The position numbers and the translations under genes are program-made. A stretch of DNA of 64,000 bases from Candidatus Hydrogenedentota bacterium (GTDB lineage Bacteria; Hydrogenedentota; Hydrogenedentia; Hydrogenedentales; SLHB01), in assembly GCA_029974275.1 (NCBI GenBank), contig JARKSN010000313.1:22525-86524 (forward strand). Direction: 5' to 3'. The notes under the pieces were generated by a model. It did no database searches. It was not told where the DNA came from and saw only the letters and a program-made list of their open reading frames with translations. Of this stretch, positions 56,580 through 64,000 are shown piece after piece (position 1 is the stretch's first letter; every line of letters starts with the position of its first letter).

Positions 56580-58571
56580 TCACGCACGAATCACGCGCAG
56601 GAATTCTTCGGGGGCGACAATGCCTTGTTTGACTTTTTGACGGCACCGATCCGCCATTGTTTTCATTTTCCCGGACTTGGCGATTTCTTCCACGGGAGCA
56701 TCGCTGGCTATCATGCGGCGGACCTCGGGAGTCACCTCCAGTATCTCAAAAATGCCGGTGCGTCCCTTGTTTCCCGTGTGATAGCACGTTTGACACCCCA
56801 CGCCCTTGAACAGTTTTTTCGTGCTTTCAGGAAGCCCTATGGCTTTAATGAGGTTTTTGGGCGCGGCGTACTCTTTCTTGCACTGATCGCACACCTTGCG
56901 AACCAATCGTTGGCCCACGACTGCGGTCAAGGCGCTTGCGATCAGATAGGACGGGATTCCCATGTTCCGTAAGGTGCTGATGGCTTCAGGCGCATCGTTC
57001 GTGTGTAACGTGCTGAAGACCAAGTGACCGGTCATGGCGGCGCGAATGGCGATGCGAGCGGTGTCGACGTCCCGGATTTCTCCCACCAGCAACACATCGA
57101 TGTCTTGACGTAGGGCCGCCCGAAGCGTGTTGGCGAACGTGACGCCGATATCGTTGTCGATCTGCACCTGGTTGATGCCGGAGAGCTGGTACTCGACAGG
57201 GTCTTCCAGAGTGACGATACTATCGGTCATCACGTTTTTTTGATTGAGAGCCGCGTAGAGAGTCGTTGTTTTTCCGCTTCCGGTGGGTCCCGTGACCAGG
57301 ATCATGCCATATGGCTGTTCGACGAGTTTAGTGAGACGTTTCTCGTCTTCCGGCTCTAGCCCAAGGTCGCGGATGCCGGAGAGAACGGAACTCTGGTCGA
57401 GCAGCCGCAACACCACCCTTTCCCCCAGATAGGTGGGCAACGTTGCGACGCGGATGTCGTATTCCATGTCGCCGATGTCCATGCTGATATGCCCGTCCTG
57501 AGGCCGCCGGTTTTCGGTGATGTCCAATTCAGACATGATTTTAACGCGCGAAATGACGGCCGGTTCGATGTCCTGAGGAATGCTCATGACATCGTGAAGC
57601 ACCCCGTCGATTCGGTACCGCACCCGCATTTCCGGATCTTGCGGGTCGAGGTGAATGTCCGTGGCGCCCGAATTCACGGCGCCCTCGATAATGGTGGAAA
57701 CGAGTTTCATGACCGGCACGCCGGAGGCCTGTTCCGCAATTTCTTCGAAGCGGTTTTTGCCGTTTTTTTCTTTCTCGATCATGGGTGCACCCTTCTCCGG
57801 CATGATAGCCGTTACAATTTCTTTCTTCAGGTTTGGCTCCTTGACGCGCTCTTTTTTCTTTTTTTCCACGGTCGCGGGCTCTGGTTTTGGCGGAGGGGCC
57901 GTTTCTTTTTTTGAAGGCAATCCAATGCCTTTGCTTCGGGGCATTCGGTATCGTTTTTTGATTTCTTCGGTGATGTTCGTGACATTGGTCATGATGGCGT
58001 GGACGCGTTTGTTGAGAAGGACCGACAAGTCCGCCAAGCTTTCGCGCACTTGAGGATGAGCCACGAGAACGGTGAGCCGGTCGCTTTCGATGCGGATCGG
58101 AATGATCTGATAGCGGCGCGCAACGTTTTCGGGAACGACCTCGAGCGCTTCCCGATCGCTGGGAGTTTTTTCCAGTTCGGCGAATTCCATGTTGTGCTGG
58201 CGGCTGAGCGCAATGCCGATGGTCCGTCCCGTTACGAGACCGCGATTCAATAGAATGTTGCCAAGAAGACGCCCATTTCGCTTTTGTTCCTTCAGCGCCT
58301 CGGCGAGCTGTTCCTCCGAAATGGCCTTCATTTCAACCAGCGTGCGCCCAAGGGCGGAATGCTCTTCCCGGACGGACTTGGGGTAGATTTCATACCGGAA
58401 AATGTCATCCAGCACGGAAAAGGATATTTTTTTGTGCTGGATGAGTTGACGGTACCAAGGAATTCCGCTCGTCTTCTCGTGCGCGCGGGCTTTGTCCAGC
58501 TCTTCGCGCGTGATGACTTCTTTTTTGACGAGCGCCTCGCCCGCGTCGCGTTGCCGTTCGCTGCCAGACAT
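56580..58571 (-). CDS. GspE/PilB-family assembly ATPase with MshEN-like N-terminus
   Basis: ATDIH, RRPQDG, GPTGSGKTTT, EDPVE, LRQDID, GEIRD, TLHTN; LGxxLV motifs. Confidence 0.92.
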   Translation of the reverse strand: MSGSERQRDAGEALVKKEVITREELDKARAHEKTSGIPWYRQLIQHKKISFSVLDDIFRYEIYPKSVREEHSALGRTLVEMKAISEEQLAEALKEQKRNGRLLGNILLNRGLVTGRTIGIALSRQHNMEFAELEKTPSDREALEVVPENVARRYQIIPIRIESDRLTVLVAHPQVRESLADLSVLLNKRVHAIMTNVTNITEEIKKRYRMPRSKGIGLPSKKETAPPPKPEPATVEKKKKERVKEPNLKKEIVTAIMPEKGAPMIEKEKNGKNRFEEIAEQASGVPVMKLVSTIIEGAVNSGATDIHLDPQDPEMRVRYRIDGVLHDVMSIPQDIEPAVISRVKIMSELDITENRRPQDGHISMDIGDMEYDIRVATLPTYLGERVVLRLLDQSSVLSGIRDLGLEPEDEKRLTKLVEQPYGMILVTGPTGSGKTTTLYAALNQKNVMTDSIVTLEDPVEYQLSGINQVQIDNDIGVTFANTLRAALRQDIDVLLVGEIRDVDTARIAIRAAMTGHLVFSTLHTNDAPEAISTLRNMGIPSYLIASALTAVVGQRLVRKVCDQCKKEYAAPKNLIKAIGLPESTKKLFKGVGCQTCYHTGNKGRTGIFEILEVTPEVRRMIASDAPVEEIAKSGKMKTMADRCRQKVKQGIVAPEEFLRVIRA

Positions 58572-58682
58572 GCTTGCCTCCTTCCGTGCGGCCTGCCCCC
58601 GCCCTATCGCCCGAACGGGGCCGCCCCATTTTCCGGTCATTATAAGAGCGCGTCGTTCCCTTTGAAAGTTTCCAGGCGGCTA

Positions 58683-60743
58683 TCACCGCGACGATTCGCT
58701 CCGGATGTATTCCAAGATGCCCCGGGATATTCCCTCGGCGATTTTCTGCCGGTTCGCGGCGTTTTGGAAGGTTTCCTCGGCGGCGGCATCCTCGATAGTT
58801 GCCGGTTGCAACAACGCGCTGGGGCAGCTGGTTTGCTGGATCACCAAGGAGCCCGTCGAAGCTACGGAGAGCTTTCCCACGTTTTGGGCCAGCGCCTCGG
58901 CCAAGCGTTTTCCGCGCACGCTGGAATGATAGTGACCGGCAAACGCGGACCGCCGATTCGGATTGGACTCGCCGGCGTTCGTGCGCGGATCGCGGAACGG
59001 GCCGAATGAAATGCATACGTAGAGTTCGGCCTGGAATTGTTCCGAGAGGGCAACGCGCTGCATATCGCTCATGTCCGCATCGGTGTCGCGCGTCAAGGCG
59101 ATCTCCGCGCCGGCCTGTGTCAACCAGGCGGCGGCCCGTCGCGCCACGTCCATATTGATATCGCATGCCCGAACGCCCGATGGCCCTACGGCGCCGGGAA
59201 CGCGGCCGCCATAGGCCGGATCGATCGTGATTTTCTTGCCGATGAGAACGCCGTCGTATGCGGGCTGGAGAAGCAGATCGGTGTGGGGAGCGACGAGCTT
59301 CGCGTTCAATGGCTCGTATCCGTTGGCGCGGACGACGCAGGTCGTGATGGCGTTGGAGATGGCCGCCCAGCCTTCCGGGGCGCCGGCGGCGGCAATGCGG
59401 CCATCGGCTTCGACATAGATGCCCGGGATGGGCCTTTGCGTGCGGGCGTTGCGGACGCGGATCGTCTTGAAAGCGTCTCCGCGCGTCAGCGGAAACGATT
59501 CGCGCAGCGATCCGCATGTGATCGTGAGGGCGTTGTGGCGCGAACCGGGTTTGAGATAGAACCGGACTGTGCCGTCGATGGTCTTTTCCGAGGCTCCGGC
59601 TTCGTTGCAGGCGACGGTGACGCCGTCGGCCACGGGCATCCCAAGGGAATCCGTCACCGATACGCAAGCCATGGTTTGGTTGGCGGCGCTGGCTTCTTGA
59701 GGGCCCTGCTGAAAGGCGAGCCGGGCCGGCGGACGGTTGATATCGATGTCGGTGGCGTATAGAAACGCGACGCCCGCAGGGTTGCGTCCTTGGACGGTTA
59801 GCCGCCCCTTGCCGTTTGGAAAGGGACGGGCAAACGCCCATTCCACGGCTTCGGCGCGCGTGACGGCGTGTCCCGGCTGGAGGAGTTGATTCAGACGGGC
59901 CTGAACCGTGCCGGGATCGATGGTCGGCCCGGGCGCGAGACGCAGCACGGTTTTGTGAACGCCGGAACCGTCCAACTCCGTCGTGGCCCCCTCCAATACG
60001 CGCGGGGGTTGCTTGGCGAAATATTGCAAAATGCCGGCGGCGATCGCCTCCGCTTCTGCGCGGACGCCATCTTCAGACGCAAGAAAACGCGCACTCTTCG
60101 CATCCGTCAAATAAAACGACTCAAGCAATACGGAGGGCGTCTCGGATTCGCGCAACACCTTGTAGTTGCCGGGCAGAAGACTTTTGGCGGCGGCGTCGCG
60201 GCGAAGGCGGCGGGCGAGTTCCCACGTGAGGCTTTGGGCAAGATCCATGCTTGGGCCATCGTCAGACATGTTGTAATACACTTCAAGATCGTCCCGGGAA
60301 TCCGGGAAACCATTGGCGTTGTGGTGGATGCTCACGAATATTTCGGCGCCTGCCTTGTGGGCGATCGCCGGCCGGGCGGCCAAATCCGCCGCGAGGGAAG
60401 ACTCGTCAAGCGCCGTATCGGTTTCGCGCGTCAAGACGACCGTGGCGCCGGCGTCGGCCAGGAGGCGTTTCAAGCGAAGCGCGACGTGGAGGTTTACGTC
60501 GCATTCGCGCAAGCCGTTTGCAGGCGCGATGGCGCCGGCCCAGGGGCCGCCGTGACCGGGATCCAGCGCGATGACACGTCCCGAGAGAGGACTAGCGGGA
60601 GAGGGGGAACCGGAGGGCGCGGGACCGGCGGGAAGCGAAGGCGGCTTGATGGACGCGGGCTTTTCGGCGGTTTGGCATGCAGCGAGAAAGACGAGCGACA
60701 GCGCGATTGGCGAGGCGCGCAGCAAACGCAATTGGGTCGCCAT
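58683..60743 (-). CDS. Lipoprotein N-acetylmuramoyl-L-alanine amidase with two Amidase_3 domains
   Basis: Lipobox LAAC; LDPGHGG...E...SIHHN...LLE; second domain IDPAYGG. Confidence 0.85.
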   Translation of the reverse strand: MATQLRLLRASPIALSLVFLAACQTAEKPASIKPPSLPAGPAPSGSPSPASPLSGRVIALDPGHGGPWAGAIAPANGLRECDVNLHVALRLKRLLADAGATVVLTRETDTALDESSLAADLAARPAIAHKAGAEIFVSIHHNANGFPDSRDDLEVYYNMSDDGPSMDLAQSLTWELARRLRRDAAAKSLLPGNYKVLRESETPSVLLESFYLTDAKSARFLASEDGVRAEAEAIAAGILQYFAKQPPRVLEGATTELDGSGVHKTVLRLAPGPTIDPGTVQARLNQLLQPGHAVTRAEAVEWAFARPFPNGKGRLTVQGRNPAGVAFLYATDIDINRPPARLAFQQGPQEASAANQTMACVSVTDSLGMPVADGVTVACNEAGASEKTIDGTVRFYLKPGSRHNALTITCGSLRESFPLTRGDAFKTIRVRNARTQRPIPGIYVEADGRIAAAGAPEGWAAISNAITTCVVRANGYEPLNAKLVAPHTDLLLQPAYDGVLIGKKITIDPAYGGRVPGAVGPSGVRACDINMDVARRAAAWLTQAGAEIALTRDTDADMSDMQRVALSEQFQAELYVCISFGPFRDPRTNAGESNPNRRSAFAGHYHSSVRGKRLAEALAQNVGKLSVASTGSLVIQQTSCPSALLQPATIEDAAAEETFQNAANRQKIAEGISRGILEYIRSESSR

Positions 60744-60889
60744 GGCGTTGCTCCAAAAGTCATGGGCGATCATTGGCCCGAGAGTTTCTGGCGTTTACGT
60801 AGACATCCGTAAACGCCAACGTCGCCTTGAGCGGCGCGCATCATCCCACGCGCCACCGATGGTTTTCAACTCCCCGCGCGCGCAATGGG

Positions 60890-62743
60890 CTAAAACAGAT
60901 CGGGAATCTTTGTCATGTCGACGGCTTCTTCCTCCGTCTTTTCTGTGACGATTGGCTGACGCGGCGTGATGTACTGGCCGGTGAGCATCTCTTTGTACCC
61001 CATCCCAGGGCCGACCATGGGGTAGATTTGCGCATTCGTGTCGATCATGATTTCGAGAAACGCCGGGCCTTTGTAGGCGATGAACTCTTTGAGGGTTTTG
61101 CGCACATCGGCTTTTTGGGAAAGACGCTTGGCAAACCCGAATCCATCGGCTTCGGCGGTTTTGACAAAATCCTTCTTGTGAAGCGATTTGTCGGTGCCGG
61201 AGAAGCGATCGCCGAAATAGAGGTTTTGCCATTGCCGCACCATGCCGTCGCCGAGATTGTTGAGAAGGAGCACCTTGACGGGAACATCGTAGGTGGTGGC
61301 GGTTTCGAGTTCGCCCAGGTTCATGCGCAAGCTGCCGTCGCCATCGACGTCGATGACAAGCTTGCCGGGATTCGCGATTTGGGCGCCGATCGCGGCGGGC
61401 AGGCCGAAGCCCATGGTGCCCATGCAGCCCGAGGTGATCCAGTGGCGCGGCTTGTGGAAGGAACTGTATTGCGCGGACCACATCTGGTGTTGGCCGACGC
61501 CGGTGCAGATGATGGCGTCTCCCTTGGCGAGTTCGGCAAGGGTTTCCAGGATGTATTGGGGCTGGATGAGTTCGCTCTCGCGGTTGTAGTTGAGCGCGTT
61601 GTTTTTTTTCATCGCCTTGACGTGTTTTTGCCAGGGCGTGAAATCCTTCTTGAAATTCTTGCCCAGTTCCATAAGGTCGTTGAGGGCGTTCCGGGCGTCG
61701 CCGACATGGGACCAGTCGACGGATTTGACCTTGCCGATTTCGGCGGCGTCAATGTCGATGTGTCCGACAAAGGCCGCATTGGGGGCGAATTCGCTGACCT
61801 TGCCGGCGACGCGATCGTCAAACCGGGCGCCGATGGTCAGCAGAAAATCGCAGTCTTCGACGGCGTAGTTGGCGTAGGGCGTCCCATGCATGCCGAGCAT
61901 GCCCAGACATAAATCGTCGCTCGTGTCCATGCTGCCAATGCCCATGAGCGTGGTGACGACCGGAATGCCAAAACGCTTGGAAAAAGCGCTCAATTCGGAG
62001 GAGGCGTTGGCGATGACGACTCCTCCTCCGGCGTAGATCAGCGGGCGGCGGCTAACGGCCAAACGGCGGAACAGGACTGACGCCGATTCCTTGGAAACGC
62101 GGGAAGACAGAATGGCGGCCAGGCGGTCTTCGTAGCCGCGGAAGTGAAGCATGCCCTCGCCTTTGAAGACGCCGCTGTGGTTTTGGACGTCCTTGGGAAC
62201 GTCAATGACCACGGGGCCCGGACGGCCGCTGCGCGCTATGGCGAAGGCGGCGCGCACGGTCTCCTCGATCTCGTCGGGGTTGGACACCAGAAAGACGTGT
62301 TTGGCGCACGCGCTCATGATGTTGAAGACGGGCGCCTCCTGGAACGCGTCCGACCCGATGGCCGCACGGGGAACCTGCCCGCAGATAAGCACGACGGGAA
62401 CGGAGTCGGCCATGCAATCGCGAATGGGCGTGACGCAGTTGGTGGCGCCGGGCCCTGAGGTGACCAGGAAACAGCCGACTTTGCCGGTCGAACGCGCATA
62501 GCCCGCCGCCATGAACCCGGCGCCCTGTTCGTTGGCCGGCACGACGAGGCGGATTTGTTTATCCTTTGGCTTGGAGGCGTTGTAACGGAAGATGGCATCG
62601 TACGTGGGCAAGATGGCCCCGCCGCTGTAGCCGAAAATAGTGTCGACGTCTTCGTCGGCCAACACCTGCAAAATGATTTCCGCGCCGGTCATGGGGGCGC
62701 CGGCCAACGGATGTTTGCTCGACCTCGATGTTTTCGTTTTCAT
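60890..62743 (-). CDS. ilvB: Acetolactate synthase large subunit
   Basis: FGYSGGAIL, TSGPGATN, AFQE, GARFDDRV, GVGQHQMW, GDGS. Confidence 0.96.
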   Translation of the reverse strand: MKTKTSRSSKHPLAGAPMTGAEIILQVLADEDVDTIFGYSGGAILPTYDAIFRYNASKPKDKQIRLVVPANEQGAGFMAAGYARSTGKVGCFLVTSGPGATNCVTPIRDCMADSVPVVLICGQVPRAAIGSDAFQEAPVFNIMSACAKHVFLVSNPDEIEETVRAAFAIARSGRPGPVVIDVPKDVQNHSGVFKGEGMLHFRGYEDRLAAILSSRVSKESASVLFRRLAVSRRPLIYAGGGVVIANASSELSAFSKRFGIPVVTTLMGIGSMDTSDDLCLGMLGMHGTPYANYAVEDCDFLLTIGARFDDRVAGKVSEFAPNAAFVGHIDIDAAEIGKVKSVDWSHVGDARNALNDLMELGKNFKKDFTPWQKHVKAMKKNNALNYNRESELIQPQYILETLAELAKGDAIICTGVGQHQMWSAQYSSFHKPRHWITSGCMGTMGFGLPAAIGAQIANPGKLVIDVDGDGSLRMNLGELETATTYDVPVKVLLLNNLGDGMVRQWQNLYFGDRFSGTDKSLHKKDFVKTAEADGFGFAKRLSQKADVRKTLKEFIAYKGPAFLEIMIDTNAQIYPMVGPGMGYKEMLTGQYITPRQPIVTEKTEEEAVDMTKIPDLF

Positions 62744-63069
62744 GGCAGTCCTTGTCTCCCGCGATGTCCTTCAATCGCCGGTTTTTCTTGCTTCACTCTG
62801 GAGTATGCACACCGGGCGATCCATTCGCTGAACGTGATACATACCATAATTTAGGGTTGCGAAGCCACCTGGAAGCAGGGGCATCGCATCCAAAAACCGA
62901 ACAAATGGCGCATGAGAAGGGTCATCGGTGATTATTCCGTAGATGGCGCCCGGTCTCTGTGTCGCGCGGGTTCATGGGGGGCGCGGCGCGTTTCTTTGCG
63001 AAATCATGCAGACGCCACGAAAGGGGGCCGCGTTTGCGGGTTTTTTTCGAGGGGGAAGATCCTTCAGAC

Positions 63070-63406
63070 CGCCCGGCACGGAGACCGGGCGCTACAAAGA
63101 CACACGGAGACCGGGCGCTACAAAGACACACGGGGACTGGGCGCTACAAAGACACACGGGGACTGGGCGCTACAAAGGCACACGGGGACTGGGCGCTACA
63201 AAGACACACGGGGACTGGGCGCTACAAAGGCACACGGGGACTGGGCGCTGCAAAGGCACACGGGGACTGGGCGCTGCAAAGGCACACGGGGACCGGGCGC
63301 TGCACAGGCACACGGGGACTGGGCGCTACAAAGGCACACGGGGACCGGGCGCTACAAAGGCACACGGGGACCGGGCGCTGCAAAGGCACACGGGGACTGG
63401 GCGCTG
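63070..63406. repeat. Tandem array of ~12.7 copies of a 26-bp unit derived from a GTAG-type REP
   Basis: Unit CACGG(A/G)GAC(C/T)GGGCGCT(A/G)CAAAG(A/G)CA from 63077; the reverse complement of 63070-63095 is GTAG-CGCCCGG-TCTCCGTG-CCGGGCG. Confidence 0.9.
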
Positions 63407-63569
63407 TCTACAGAGGCAACGGAATGACGGCGTCGGCAATCCCGGCGTGGAGCGGGGGCGGAAAAGCTTGGAGGAATCGAAGTGTGGCGGTTGCCGGTGT
63501 GGAGCGTCGGGTGGATTGACTTTGCGGGCGTTTTTTTGGTAGGGTTCGGGTTGAAATTTTGATGAAGTG

Positions 63570-63687
63570 GAAGCGCCAGCTTCTCACCATGCCACGGCCG
63601 AAGTCGTTTGTGCGCATGGTAGCTCGTACGTCGTGGACGTATGCCGGCGATAGGGGACTGGTGTGTTCTGTCGCCGGTTTTTCTTTT
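63570..63687 (+). promoter_or_regulatory. L20-leader-like attenuator upstream of infC
   Basis: GAAGC-GCCA-GCTTC TCACC; ACCATGC/GCATGGT stem; terminator CCGGCGATAG...CTGTCGCCGG-TTTTTCTTTT; TTGACT promoter upstream. Confidence 0.7.
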
Positions 63688-63772
63688 GCGCCGCCCTGGC
63701 GGCGGCGAGGCGTTTAGGCGTCCGTTGGGTAAGGGAGTAGCCGCGACAGGGACCTGAAAGGAGGGTCTGGGT

Positions 63773-64000
63773 ATCGCCAAGCCGATAGAAACGAGGGTTC
63801 GGGTCAACGAAATGATCCGCGCTCGGCAGATTCGCGTGATTGACGAGGAAGGCAATCAAATGGGCATATTGAGTCCGTTGGATGCGATCCGCGAAGCCGA
63901 GAACCGGGGGCTTGATTTGGTGGAGGTGGCTCCGAACAGCGTGCCGCCGGTGTGTCGCATCATGGACTATGGCAAGTATAAGTATCAGATGAGCAAGCGC
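63773..64000 (+). CDS. infC: Translation initiation factor IF-3 (3'-truncated by window edge), ATC start
   Basis: RBS AAGGAGG then [21 protein letters not shown]...[10 protein letters not shown]...[14 protein letters not shown]. Confidence 0.95.
   Translation, partial: MAKPIETRVRVNEMIRARQIRVIDEEGNQMGILSPLDAIREAENRGLDLVEVAPNSVPPVCRIMDYGKYKYQMSKR

Noticed and set aside
63077..63406. Possible CRISPR array
   Set aside because: The units are contiguous with no unique spacers, and there are no cas genes in the window.
62912..63542. Three overlapping + strand ORFs with repeated peptides (HTGTGRYK...)
   Set aside because: They result from a stop-free 26-bp repeat cycling through all three frames; there is no other coding evidence.
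63731..63745. GGGAGTAGC resembling the yybP-ykoY riboswitch
   Set aside because: It is an isolated motif without the rest of the structure, and the context is the infC leader.

Overview
GC-rich bacterial chromosomal window from a probable diderm: it carries an outer-membrane beta-barrel, lipoproteins and a putative exosortase-type sorting signal. The gene mix suggests a Ca. Hydrogenedentota-like lineage, but that is unverified inference. The left 15 kb holds a complete System II cytochrome c maturation cassette (DsbD, ResB-like, CcsA) with a tetraheme cytochrome. It is followed by a four-gene porin-multiheme cytochrome operon: an Ig/PKD-stalked ~9-heme lipoprotein, a ~7-heme cytochrome, a beta-barrel and a 14-heme lipoprotein. 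This looks like an uncharacterised extracellular electron-transfer conduit. The rest is mostly housekeeping: proA-nadD-yqeK, dxs, tRNA-Ser(GGA), ilvD, radA-disA-pyrK-pyrD-etfBA, dnaN, a PilB/GspE ATPase, ilvB and infC. Notable non-coding features are an orphan ~110-nt structured RNA with its own promoter (~50.05-50.16 kb), a likely oriC with a B. subtilis-like unwinding module upstream of dnaN but no adjacent dnaA, 14-bp parS-like palindromes, a REP-derived 26-bp tandem array and an L20-type leader before infC. No CRISPR array, transposase or prophage was seen. All calls come from reading motifs; no database searches were run.
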